NCBI RefSeq assembly: GCF_964188315.1
Contig: NC_135666.1
Span: 23,312,001 to 23,376,000 of the forward strand
From: Podarcis muralis
Taxonomy: Eukaryota
Length of the DNA: 64,000 bases
Reading direction: 5' to 3'
Position numbers and translations under genes: made by a program. Numbering within the stretch: position 1 is the stretch's first letter; each line of letters begins with the position of its first letter. Positions 1 to 12,374 of this stretch are shown piece by piece. The notes under the pieces were generated by a model, which saw only the letters and a program-made list of their open reading frames with translations, was not told where the DNA came from and made no database searches.

Positions 1-109
1 GCCATCCAAAACAGGATTGAAATCATTTGATGCATTATGTGGATACATTTAGTAATGCTAACTGTCAGTCATAATAGAACACTGAAGACACAGTTAAGAT
101 GTCAGGTAT

Positions 110-690
110 GATATAATAAGTCAATGCATTCTACAATACCTGCCAATTTATTGCCCAATTCACTCAGTTTGCCGAGAGCTCCGAAAGGAGCCCTTGAATC
201 CCTTTCTGCTGCCACTCTGAATAATTTGGTGCTTGCAAACTTGAGTCACTTTGCTGCTAACCCTAACTTGAGATACGAGTTATCAATCCATAGGAGGACT
301 TGTTCTCTTATCCTATGAATGCTAAGTTTTTTTCAGGAGCCTTTGAGAGCTTCTCTCAGAAGCTATTTGAACATTTAAGTATATGATGTCCACTGGCTCA
401 CACCTGTCCATATGCCTGACACACTCCCCACAAATGCTAAAATGTTCATAAGGCAGGACTTGCCTTTGGAGAAGCCATGTTGATTCTTTTTCGTTAAGAC
501 TAATTCTTGTGTAGGCTTGGCTATACCACAATTCATGTTATCTTTAACATAGTCCCCAATCTACCCGAAACAGATATTAAGCAAATTGACCTGCACCTTC
601 CTGGATTCTGGCCCCCTAATCTTTAAAAACTAGTGTTACATTTGCTGTTTTCCAGCCCTCTGGTACAAAGGCCAATCTTTGGTGAGTGGT
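110..690 (-). mobile_element. Degraded CR1 LINE reverse-transcriptase fragment
   Basis: Minus-strand translation gives HMDRCEPVDIIYL..QRLLKK, IREQVLLWI and a decayed FADD-TKLFRV; frameshifts and an internal deletion. Confidence 0.75.
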
Positions 691-1374
691 AACCACCTGC
701 TTGATTAAGATGGCTTGGCATTACATAAGTGGTCTTCATGTTTGAGGGAAAGCTACAGCACTAAAGGTTACGCATTTTATACTTAGAGCAGATAACATGG
801 TGGAAAAAGTTGAAAGATTGCACTTTAAACATTTAACGCAAACTATTCAAACCAGCAGTTGCTATAGTTACTGTGGTAGCATCTGCAAACCCATAGGACA
901 TCTTAAGTAGGCAGATCAGACTATCTCTCTCTTTCTAAAATGTGACTCATTTACAAGAACCAGATCCACTCTTCTTACTAAGTAAAGGAACTTGCAAGAT
1001 GTGTGACCTTATAGGAGAATAACACAAATTCCCAAAATATTCATGCATGGCAGTGATTCTTTAAATATAGAATGAGTCCAAATGGATACAGGGCATCTTG
1101 GAGGGATGGGAGTGCAAAGATAAGATCATGAGCCCTGTGGTGCTTGCCTTCCTACGTTGTCCAACTCCCTAAAAGATAAGAGAGGGTTGTCTATATTGGA
1201 TCTCTGGGACAACTTTCTTTCTATCTCTATCTTCCAACTTGATAGAGAAAAGGAGCTGTTTGTTCTCTTGTAATGATGCTGCTCTGTATGGCTTTAGATA
1301 GTCTTATGCCTTGCTCTTCCTTTAGCGCAGGTGATAATGCCTCATGCCATATATACTTGCAGCTTTAGGATGTA

Positions 1375-1622
1375 CAGTGGTACCTTGGGTTACATACGCT
1401 TCAGGTTACATACGCTTCAGGTTACAGACTCCGCTAACCCAGAAATCTTACCTCGGGTTAAGAACTTTGCTTCAGGATGAGAACAGAAATCGTGCAGCGG
1501 TGGCGCGGTGGCAGCAGGAGGCCCCATTAGCTAAAGTGATGCTTCAGATTAAGAACAGTTTCAGGTTAAGAATGGACCTCCGGAACGAATTAAGTTCTTA
1601 ACCCGAGGTAATTGCACCACTG
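1375..1622 (+). mobile_element. Tigger/pogo-like MITE, family A, copy 1
   Basis: CAGTGGTACC TIRs (right TIR has a short insertion); TA TSD at 1373-74 and 1623-24. Confidence 0.88.
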
Positions 1623-1788
1623 TATTCAAGGTGTTCTGAACTTTCACCTGCAGAGCTGATGGTTAACTTGGCCCCCCTTCCATGTGTATCTTTACTTTTT
1701 GCCCTTCCCAACCCAGTATTAGCAGACTTTGAAAAAACACTGAGCTGTTACTGTTGGAGGATGTTTTGTGAGGAGTTTTCTTTGAATA

Positions 1789-2404
1789 CTATATTTTTCC
1801 ATGTATAAGACACCCCCGTGTATAAGATGACCCCCTTTTTTTAAACCCAAATTAAGAAATTAAGTTGTTTAGCTTTTTGGGGTGGGATGGGGAGGTCACT
1901 TCCGCCAATCACTCCCCCGCCTGCCCACCACTGCTGATCGCACACCTCGCTGCCGCCAATTGTCTGCCAGTTCACCGCCACCAGCAGCCCACCCACCCAC
2001 TTGCCACAGCCGCCAATCACCTGCCCGCCTTGCCACAGCCACCAATCGCCAGCAGGCTATTAATCGCACATCCCTTCTCTGCATTCACTATCCGTGTATA
2101 ACACGACACCCAATTTTCCCTATTATTTTTTTAGCAAAAAGCATCATCCTATACATGGGAAAATACAGTGGTACCTCAGGTTACATACGCTTCAGGTTAC
2201 ATACGCTTCAGGTTACACACTCCGCTAACCCAGAAATCTTACCTCGGGTTAAGAACTTTGCTTCAGGATGAGAACAGAAATTGGGCTGCGGCAGCAACGG
2301 GAGGCCCCATTAGCTAAAGTGGTGCTTCAGGTTAAGAACAGTTTCAGCTTAAGTACGGACCTCCAGAACGAATTAAGTACTTAACCTGAGGTACCACTGT
2401 ATGG
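1789..2404. mobile_element. Tc2-like (CCGTATTTT-type TIR) MITE interrupted by a family-A MITE
   Basis: Left end TA|ctatatttttccatgtataagac; right end tcctatacatgggaaaata[insert]tgg|TA; GC-rich repetitive core at 1900-2060. Confidence 0.65.
2166..2399 (+). mobile_element. Tigger-like MITE, family A, copy 2
   Basis: CAGTGGTACCTCAGGTTA...TAACCTGAGGTACCACTG; TA TSD. Confidence 0.92.
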
Positions 2405-3629
2405 TACTTCTCTTGGGGAAGCCAGTGTGAGGAAATGAAACACTGTATTAGTTACACCAAAGCAGGAAGAGTTGTTTAAGTTGCAAAACCCCAGCTGGGC
2501 ATAGGGTGAGACAGTAAATCCTAACATAGTTGAAGGCATTGGCAAAAGGGAAGAAGAATCTTGCTGAAGGCTTTTAGTTTGTAAAACTCTGAAATACTGG
2601 AAACCTAATATGTAATTTCCACTTCATTGTTCAAACTGTGAGTTCTAGTGCTCATGCAGTCAAAGTGGCACTGCCCAAGCAACAAGGGGAGGTATTAGCA
2701 GTCTCGGGAACTTCAAAGTTTACAGAAGTGCATCTTTAGAAAAGCCTTAAGGAGAATGTCCAGAAGAGCCCAGTGCGGACTGAGCATGCTCAGTGAGCAT
2801 AGAATGTTGACAAACTCCAGTGGGGGTGGGAGAGGATGGAGTGCAGTGGTTGGAATTCTGAATGCCAGTGACGGACTGTGCAGAATTTGGTTGCAGATCT
2901 TACTTGCATCTGCTGAAATCCCATGATCTAGAGATTGAATTCATGTATGCAAACCTTATTTTCTATTAAGGTTAGAATAGAATAGCTCGCAGTACTGGAA
3001 TTAAAAATCAATGGGCATATATGTGTCTGCTAGTTCCTGTAACTTCAGTTGTAAATAGAAATGTAATATTTTCCATGTCACCAACATAGTACATTTGCTA
3101 GACAACTGCTACTTCATTAATAGTATCAAGATTCCCATCCCTTTTCGTGGGGTAAAACAGTATCCACATCTGCTTCCTTTGGGGCAACATCAGGCTCGGT
3201 TAACACGATTTTCCCTAGTAGGCAGTCCTTTGTCTTTTTGGAATTGCTGTATCTTCTCTGAACCTGTTCAGGGTTTTGTGGCGTTTTCTGGAACTGCAAG
3301 TACAACCATCTCAGAAGCAGAGTCTGTATAATAAGCCTCAGGCTGGCTTGATCTGAGCATTCTCTTGGTGGCACTCTTGATACTGTGTGGATACTCCTAA
3401 AATCTGTTGATTACAAATAAGACTTTGACACTTGACTTGTATCGAGACGTAAGCTATAGATTTGCCAATATAACCATGTAATGCACCTTGTGATGGCCAA
3501 AGAAAATCCAAAGACCACCCCGTCACTGTCAGCGACAGTGGCACCATTGACACACCACAGTAAACCTTTTGTTAGCTGTTTACTATGTATGTGCCTAAAA
3601 GGGCTCTTTTCCTCCTCCCCACTCACATT

Positions 3630-3831
3630 GGGAAGGAAACAAAGCATGATCCCTGGCTTAGCATTTCCACCCGAAATGAGGATTGGGCATTGTTTTGTAC
3701 CCAACAAACCATGAACTCTAGCCAATGTTTGCTCTTGGCTTACTGATCAGGGTTTGTTGGGTGCAAAACAATCCACTATCTCTGTTTGGGGTGTAAATGC
3801 TAAGTCCACGGATCATGTTTTGTTTCCTCCC
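3630..3831. repeat. ~200-bp imperfect palindrome (foldback/MITE-like)
   Basis: Arms 3630-3725 and 3735-3831 are reverse complements at roughly 75-80% by eye. Confidence 0.8.
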
Positions 3832-5912
3832 AGCATAAGCTGAGAGGGGCAAAGATTTTGCCCATGCATTGTAAGACATTGGTTTTCGAGGTACCATGAA
3901 GTGCATATGCAACCATTAATTTGTGCATTTGTTATTGTTTAAGCTGAGCTGCAAGTTGTGTTTCTATGCTGATTTTAGTATTGTAAATCTTGTATCACCA
4001 TTGTTGAGTGGTGATGCTGGAACTGGTGCCAAAGCACATATAAAAAGGTTGTCTTTGTGTTGCCATAGAGCACATCACTCTGGAGTAAGTTAGCTTGGTA
4101 TTAAAGCATATGGCAAGCCCCCCAACTTAATTCATTTCTTTACAGTTAATACTTTTTTCACTTTATGATTTTCTTTCTGGTTAGAGGTACGCAGTCTTCC
4201 ATTGCCCCCCACCCCTATTCTATCACTGAATCATCTGCTTTTTCTTGGCAAACTTTCTCAAGACTGTTTACAGTATCATCAGCAGCATAATTATTAGGAC
4301 TGATGGGCTTGCTAGATAATATGCAATCACTTCCCCAAAATGCTTTTCAGTTGAGCAGATTGAATGCAGACAAGATGAAAGTACTCAATATGCCTTTAAG
4401 TTAATTGCACTCTTGAAGACATGGGACCCCTTGTATGCTGGTTTAGTGTTATAGCAATCAGCCCCCATGACTATGAAGCTGGTTCATATGTAAAGCTAAG
4501 CCAAACCATGGCTTAGCATGAATGGGCGAGTTCCTGAGGAAACCCCAGTTTATTTCACTTCAGTGCAGCAATGGCAACACAGGAGGAACAAAGCAGCTAC
4601 AATCTTCTCTTTGCCATTGTCTGGTTTAGCATTACAGGTGCCTTCTAGAAGACAATCTCTTCCCCCAATTATAAGATGACATCACTTGGATTCCAAATCA
4701 GAGTGGTCAAAATATGCAAAAACTGCATACAAAATAGGTTCTTAACTTCAAAACTATTAGCGGAGATAGGATCTTACAGGTTGAAGAATCAAGCTTATTT
4801 TCCATCCCTTATATTCTACAACTTCGGCATTAAATTTATATTCCCAGAGTGGCTAAGTAGTAAGGCAGTAGGAATCTGAAATGAAAAATGGCTGTCATAA
4901 TAGCTAATGCTGCTGATTTCTAGCACATGATTGAAGTAGATGCATTAGTATGTAAAATGCCATATGTACACATGCCCTAGCTATCATTAGCTATAGTTGG
5001 TGTATGTTGTTAGCCAGGAAATCTGTCTTTTGGCTGCGTTCTCTAATGCGCTGTAGAATGTACTTTTTGGTAATATCTCCCATTAATATGAAAAGTATGA
5101 ATCTGGCGGTAGTGGTTCTGCAAGAGGGAAAATGTAATACCAAGTTGTGAGAGCAACTCAAGCAAGTCACTTCACTTAACCATTACTTCCTCTTATTATT
5201 GCTCTGTTTGTTCAGTCGTGAGTATTTTCACTTTTTAAATACAGTAGCACCTTCCCTCAGTTGCATGTGGCAGGTCTCTTTGCATTTCGCCATAACGGAA
5301 GGAACTTAGGAGCTTCTAGGTATTAGTCCACAGAGGCAAGTAATTTATCTTGAAGGAATTAGAAACCTGTGGCCTTCCAGGTGTTGTTGGACCCCAGCTC
5401 CACAGTCATCCACAGCCAGGAAGGCCAATGATCAGGGAGGGATAGCAGAAGAGCTGCAGCCTGCTATAAGGTGCTGAGAAGCACTTGAAATGGATATCTA
5501 TAAAGGAGAACTTGAGTTCTCCTTTTTCCTCAGGAAAAACAAATTCAGTAGCGAGCTCATCTCTTATATGAAAAAGTCTCCATTTGCTGGTTTGGTATGA
5601 AAACACCCAGTACTATTTTCCTAGAAAAAGAGGTGCTGGAACTCACCATGAATGCCTCCCTTGTTTTCTTATAATGCCAATTGCACCCACCCGAGAGGGA
5701 CCGGAACTGAGTTCCAGTGAGTTCCAGCTGAAAGAAAGACCTGAAAATACCTATGTCAAAGTTGGTCCATTAAACATTTAATCTATGTTAAATAGATTCA
5801 TGAACTTGGTAGATGAATAGATGAATTGATGCTCTTCATGATTTATTTATTTTTAAACTTGGAATTAATTCCCAACTTGTATGCATGCTTTATCTTACGT
5901 GGAAGTGGTGGG

Positions 5913-6302
5913 GGGACGCAGGTGGTGCTGTGGTCTAAACCACTGAACCTCTTTGGTGTGCCAATCCAAAGGTCAGTGGTTCGAATCCGTGTGATGGGGT
6001 GAGCTCCTGTCGCTCTGTCCCAGCTTCTGCCAACCTAGAAGTTCGAAAGCATAATATTGTGAGTAGATAACTAGGTACCGCTGGGGCGGGAAGGTAAATG
6101 GTGTTTCCGTGTGCTCTGGTTTCTGTCACGGTGTTCCGTTGCGCCAGAAGGGGTTTTGACCATGCTGGCCACATGACGCGGAAAAGCTGTCTGTGGATGA
6201 ACGCTGGCTCCCTCAGCCTGAAAAGAAAGATGAGCGCCGCACCCCATAGTTGCCTTTGGCTGGACTTAACTGTCCAGGCGTCCTTTACCTTTTACCTTTA
6301 CC
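5913..6302 (+). mobile_element. Sauria SINE (Squam1), more diverged copy
   Basis: GGGACGCAGGTGGTGCTG head with tRNA-like B-box GGTTCGAATCC; (ACCTTT)n tail. Confidence 0.9.
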
Positions 6303-6316
6303 TATGTGGAAGTGAT

Positions 6317-6676
6317 GGGACGCGGGTGGCGCTGTGGGTAAAAGCCTCAGCGCCTAGGGCTTGCCGATCGAAAGGTCGGCAGTTCGAATCCCCGCGGCGG
6401 GGTGCGCTCCCGTTGCTCGGTCCCAGCGCCTGCCAACCTAGCAGTTCGAAAGCACCCCCGGGTGCAAGTAGATAAATAGGGACCGCTTACTGGCGGGAAG
6501 GTAAACGGCGTTTCCGTGTGCTGCGTTGGCTCGCCAGATGCAGCTTTGTCACGCTGGCCACATGACCCAGAAGTGTCTCCGGACAGCGCTGGCCCCCGGC
6601 CTCTTAAGTGAGATGGGCGCACAACCCCAGAGTCTGTCAAGACTGGCCCGTACGGGCAGGGGTACCTTTACCTTTT
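6317..6676 (+). mobile_element. Sauria SINE (Squam1), younger copy
   Basis: Full length; 13-bp TSD TATGTGGAAGTGA at 6303-6315 and 6677-6689. Confidence 0.93.
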
Positions 6677-7410
6677 TATGTGGAAGTGACAGAAAATGCA
6701 TGATGATTGAAGTTGTCTTTACTAGTGGTTAGAGCTGACCAGCACTGAGAAATCTACTGAATATAAACTCACTCATTTTCATTTGGCAATGCTTTGTGCT
6801 CCAGTATACAGCAACAAGTTTAATATCTGAAGCACCGAGTCTTTTGATGAGAGCTATAGAGGAAAGCATACTGCTATTGGTGCTTTCATCTATTTTGTGA
6901 GGGGAGAGGGGGAAGCTCTTATTTTTATTGATCCAAGTTTGGTATGATTTCTTTACTTATTCTGCATGTTCTGTATATGTTTTCCTAAACACATGGATGT
7001 TTGTCGCAGTTGTTGCTACAAATCCTAAGCATATGCAAAGCTTTGGTTTCAGTTCAAATTCCAGTATTAGTAATTGTTCTGCCTCCTAAGCCATGTTTGA
7101 ATCGGCCTCTCCAAGCAACATAATTGCCAGCAAACTACCTGTACTCAATTTATGCCTGTCTGATAACCTTATTATGCCATTCTATCTGTCTTGTTTTCTG
7201 AGGTGTAGGTTCTTGGAGAGGTTTGATCATGCTTGGCTCATTAGTTCACAGCCGTCAGCATTTGCTATTGCTATCATTTAATTCAAGTGTACTTCAGGGG
7301 TCAAGAATATATAAAGACTGTTGAGCCACTCTGCCACACTGAGTTTCTGAAATCATAGTTTTGAGAATCACCTTCACTTTTTCAATCTGAATGTTAAGTT
7401 AGGTGATGTA

Positions 7411-7693
7411 CCGTATTTTTCGCCCCATAGGACGCACTTTTTCCCCTCCAAAAATGAAGGGGAAATGTGTGTGCGTCCTATGGGGCGAATGCAGGCTTTC
7501 GCTGAAGCCTGGAGAGCGAGAGGGGTCGGGCTCCCACGGCTTGCGGAGAGTTGCCTGTTCTGGGGGCTGGGGTCGGGGGAAGCTCGGGCTTCCCCCGCCC
7601 CAGCCCCGCCCCTGGGGGGGAAAAATAAATTTCCCCCCCAAAAAACTAGGTGCGCCTTATGGGACAGTGCGTCCTATAGGGCGAAAAATACGG
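7411..7693. mobile_element. Tc2-like MITE
   Basis: 27-bp TIR CCGTATTTTTCGCCC(C/T)ATAGGACGCAC with one mismatch; TA TSD; internal inverted TIR copy near 7472-7490. Confidence 0.88.
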
Positions 7694-8585
7694 TACTTAA
7701 ATGTGGAGTTCTGCAAGTATCCGTTTGTATTTTAATGGTCTACAGATGGCAAACTTTCCAATGCTTATCTTAAAGAGGAAGATAAAATTAAGCAGTTTCC
7801 TTTGTGCACTGTTACGGAGATGACAACATTCTCCTCACTCAGTTGGATACTACATGTTTCACTTTTGGTGTTCTTCTCGTTATTCCAGCTTGTGTTGGAG
7901 AATTTGATTGTCTGTCTGATTCTTGCCAAAAGGATGTGTATTGATTGCCATCCTTTTTATATAACCCTAAGAACTGTGAGTTGTATGTTCTGCTGATTGC
8001 GAAAAATTTGTCACCACAACAGACACCATGGTGTTGGCATATTTACTTTGCAGTCTTCTTCAACAAGTTCTGCAGTGCTACAGCTACATGGGTTAAAGCC
8101 TAGTTGCACACAACTACACATTTGTTCTGTAGAGACTTTTATATGTTAAACAAGTCATGTGAACTGGCCTCTACCAAGGCACTGGAAGCACAAATTGCTG
8201 TGTGGATTGAATCTCTTTAGTGGAGGGTGTGTCGTTGACAAAAAATGATGTTGTGTGTGCAGTTATTAACCAGCTGTCTTCAACAACTATGAGTGACTGG
8301 ATGGCTGGAGTACTGTCACAGTGCTAGCAAATGGAGCAGTGCACAAACGGATGCCATTCCTGCTATATATAGGTCTTCAGGGATTTCTCTGTGTACCCGC
8401 AAGAAATCTTTCTGGACTGATCTGTGCTCACAACTGAGAAATGGAGTATGGCTCCATAGTCAGTAATGTTGTTTAATGTAAGGGCATTGCGAGCATGAAA
8501 ACACTGTATTCTCTACGATATATAATTGTTCTAAACTATTTTTGAATGTTCTGTGGATGACTACAGTTGGTATAGTTAGTGTCAT

Positions 8586-9020
8586 CAGCACCAGATGAAG
8601 TTTCTGAACAGTCTTCAGAGGCAGCCTCACGTATAACATGTTGCAGTGATCTAACCTCGAGGTTGCCAGAACATAGGTGGCAGAAGTTAGGAAATCCCTG
8701 TCCAGTTGGGGTGTTGCTGGGCCCCCAGCCAAAGCTGGTAGAAGGCACTCAGTGCTACTGAGGCCACCTGAACCATAAGTAACATCAGTTGATTGAAAAG
8801 CATCCCCAAGCTGTGTATCCGCCCCTTCAGAGGGAGTGTAACCCCATGAAGAGCAGGCAACCTCCCATCCATCTGGTATAGGGAACCACCCACTAACAGT
8901 GACTCAGTCTTAACTGGATTGAGTTTCAGTTTATTGGCTCTTATCCAGTCAATTACCGCTGCAAGGCAACTCACTTTCCAGCACATCCTCTGCCACACCT
9001 GAGGGCCCTATCCTCAGGAA
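8586..9020 (-). mobile_element. L2 LINE ORF2 fragment
   Basis: WIRANKLKLNPVKTESLLV and TSRLDHCNMLYVRLPLKTVQKL match L2 post-RT motifs. Confidence 0.85.
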
Positions 9021-11639
9021 AGGCTGTGGGGGTTGGAGGCTTGTTTGGAAGAGAGTTGGAGCTGTTGACTCCAATCTTTGAGCTGACCAACTAAAAATTG
9101 TAGACCTTTGTTAGCTAGTATGAGCACTATAGGTGAGATCTAGCAATAGATAAGTCTTGAAAGAATATATATATATATTAAGGCTGAACTTCTAGACACA
9201 TTTTTTGCTGGTTTAGTGGGATTTCCTGATTCCCTCCCCCATTTTTGCCAAGACTGGCAACCGTGGCTGTTCGTAATTAGCAATTTGTTGGGCCATTGAT
9301 TACATAATACTATTCTACATAAAAGTATGGTACCTGGAATGCATAGAGTTATTTCTTTGATCTGGAAGACCTGGATTCATATCCCATGTCTACTGTGGAC
9401 TTGGAGTGACCTTCCTGTGGTCAGTGAAGCAGGAATAAAACAAATGTATTGGAAGTAAAATAAGCTTCTTAAATATGAGTAGTCCAAACTTCAAAAGTTG
9501 CTTCTTCTAGCTATGTATACTTCAGATGGTATTTGGATCAGTTCCATGAACTCTGAGTAGTAATAGCCTAGTTCTTTGATCTTAACAGCTGTTTGACAAA
9601 GGCTTGTCTTGTCAGTGGTGCAGAGTGACCTGATACTCAAATTAGACATGTCGTGTAGGTCAAACAGGATTCATCATTACTTTGGCCTAACTGCATCATA
9701 CTTCAGACTCAGCTTTGTGTTTATTTAGCTGACAAGAAGATCAAATATCAATCCAGAAAAACAATTTTGTTAACTTCTGTGCATGTTCTCTTTGCAGATT
9801 TTGTTTCTGCTGCTCTTTATGTCTTTTTCCCATTTCTGTTAAAGAAGAAGAAAAAAGCCAATAATATTGCAGCTGCCACATCCTCAAGGCACTTAATTCA
9901 GATTAGTTGCACTGTATATGTTGGATTGCTTCTGAAATAAGTGGTTTGAGGATTGTAGTCTCTGTTACATTCCCCATGGCACAGACACCATCTGTTCCAT
10001 TTGCTTCTTGTGGCGGCTTGAGCATAATACATGGATTGCAGCCTTTTTTTCCTTATCTTGAGCTTCTAGTGAAGAATACATTTAGTTACTAGTCCTTGTT
10101 CATAGTATACTTTCTTCAACTTGTGAGTGAAAAATCATCTTGGTCTCCTAGCTAGAAAGAATGAAAGGTTTAAAAGGATGTTGACATTCGTGGTAGGAGA
10201 TGGGACACCATGTAACCTCTTAGTTTCTAAGAGCACTTAAATAAACAACTTTTGTGTTTTTGCTCTTGCATGCTATGGCAGAACCCCAGTGGAACTGCTA
10301 ATGTGATCCCTGGAGGACTAATAAACATCAAAGCAGGAAATGTTTACTAGATGCTTTAGAAGTATTGCATGTTGAAACTCTTGGTTAAAGGCACATTTGG
10401 TCAGTGACGAAGCCTTGGTTTACTGAATTGGAATGACTTAAAAAGTGGGATACTAATATACATACAGGGAATTTTTGAAAAGCCTTCTATCCACTGGAAT
10501 GGTGGCAGCAGTGGTTACTTGAGCAATATCTTGTTATAAACTAAGGTTATTGTCCATAGAACGGGGGGAAGTCCCATAGTCATAAGAGCTTCTCTCTGCA
10601 GGAATGGAGTCTGTGGTTCAACGCCAACCGCTGTGTGCTTGACAACAATTTCTAACTAGGTCTAGTACAAAACCATTGTAATGGCTATTTAGGTTATTTT
10701 CACCCTGCCTTGCAACTTAAAAAGAAACCCTCAGGGTAGCTTATGAAACACAGTGTACACAACAGGGATCTGTGCTGCTTTCTTCTCCTGCAAACAGTGA
10801 GGGCAGGACCCAGGTGGGTAGTTTGTTCCAGGCAGGCTGACTGCCACTGTGGGAAGCTATAAACCATTGCTTTCCCTTAGCGCCATCACCAGAGGCTGCT
10901 TCCTTTCTTCTCCTCTTCACCTCCCCCCTCCCAGCATTCTAGTCCACAGAGACATTTCTGAAGGGGGTGTGTGTGTGTGTCTGAATGGAGATTGCACTGG
11001 ATTGCTTCCAGTCTTGTAACTCTCTCTAACCATATTAACACAGCTTGGTTAATATAAAGCCAAAGATAGCTAACCTGTGGTCCTCTAGATGGTGTTAGAC
11101 TATAACTAGACTATAACCCTGGCCCACTGACTGTGCTGGTTAAGGATGATGGGAGCTGGTGTCCCAATGGCATTCAGAGAGCCACAGGCTAACTGCTAAT
11201 TTAGAATGACATTTACAAGCAAGAGTAAGCCACAGCAAGCATTGAACTTGTACACTTCCATTCTCCCTATCCTCCAGGAAGAGGCGTTTGGAAGCTTCCC
11301 TATTAACCATGATAACCATGGTTAACATGAACGTTTGTCTGGAGTGAGATACCACGGGGTCAGGTCTGGACACTAAAGCCAAGCCATGACTTAACTGCTG
11401 ACCGCATGGCAACAGCAGCAGAAACGAAGCAGCTGTGATTTTTGCCCCAATCGTGTTTCACTCTTCCTCATTCACACTTCGCAGTGGTTTGAATTGTCCA
11501 GTGAAACTCAGCAGAATTCATTTCCAAGGTTTTGATCTTCACAAATCATCATCTGAACTGTCACTTATGTCAGTTTAAATTCTGTATTTTAGAGTTATAC
11601 CCTACATTCACAATTGTATATGGGGTTGAAACACAGATA

Positions 11640-12030
11640 GCTAAGAGCGTATAAACGATAATAGTTAAAAAGTAATTAAACTACAATAGAAGTAAAACTA
11701 TGTAAAAACAAATCTGTTGAAATGCAGGCAGTAAAAAAAACAGCACAGCACTATTAAAAGCCCTTTCCTTAAAAGCAGTCAATTCCCCAAAGCCTGCCAG
11801 AGCATGACAAATCTTCACTTGCTGGCAAAAGGACAACAAAAAGGAAGCCAGACTAGCCTCTCCATTAACGGAATTCCAAAGTCTGGGAGCAGCCACTGAG
11901 AAGGCCCTACCAAATGGGCCTAGAAGAGTGATGGGACTGAGAGAAGGGCCTCACCCAAAGATCTCAGACCCTGTGCAGTTCATAAGGGAGACTATGGCCT
12001 TTCAGATAGCCTGGGCCTAAGCCATGTGGA
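11640..12030 (-). mobile_element. Degraded L2 3' end
   Basis: ggaattccaaagtctgggagcagccactgagaaggccct resembles the same motif in the L2 copies at 28.1 kb and 52.1 kb; minus frame reads AAPRLWNS. Confidence 0.6.
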
Positions 12031-12306
12031 AATGGAATTGCTGACCACAGGATGTAGCAGTGGCCAAGCCATTAGATGGTGGATGGGAGAGACTGGTGGT
12101 AGAGGTGTGTGGAAACCTCTGGCTTGTAATGTCTACTGAATGCAGCCTACTGTACAAAGTTTAGAGTTGAATCTGTTGCTGTCCTCACTTTTGCCTCTGG
12201 GACACCCACCACTGTCATGTGAAACACACCCAACTGTTGCTTGTGCATGAATTCAACCCTTGGGCTGGAAAATGTTCCCAACCCCTTGTATTGAAAAGCA
12301 AAGGCA

Positions 12307-12374
12307 GTGTGTGTGTGTGTGTGTGCGCGTGTGCGTGTGCGCACGCGCGTGCGTGCGTGTGTGCGCACATGCGC
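12307..12374. repeat. 68-bp uninterrupted alternating purine-pyrimidine tract (GT/GC/AC)
   Basis: Read directly from the sequence. Confidence 0.92.

Noticed and set aside
2779-2794. 16-bp perfect palindrome ACTGAGCATGCTCAGT containing a p53-like half-site
   Set aside because: Single half-site, probably the core of a decayed repeat
3126-3480. Protein-like minus-strand frames (…TPQNPEQVQRRYSNSK…, …AYYTDSASEMVVLAVPEN…)
   Set aside because: No recognisable family, interrupted by stops, no convincing splice pair; only a blastx search could rescue it
6098-6732. Cluster of overlapping ORFs (similar ones at 22127, 32375, 34243, 40351)
   Set aside because: All lie within GC-rich Sauria SINEs
9769-9900. 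Good acceptor at 9797 in intron 1
   Set aside because: No plausible downstream donor found
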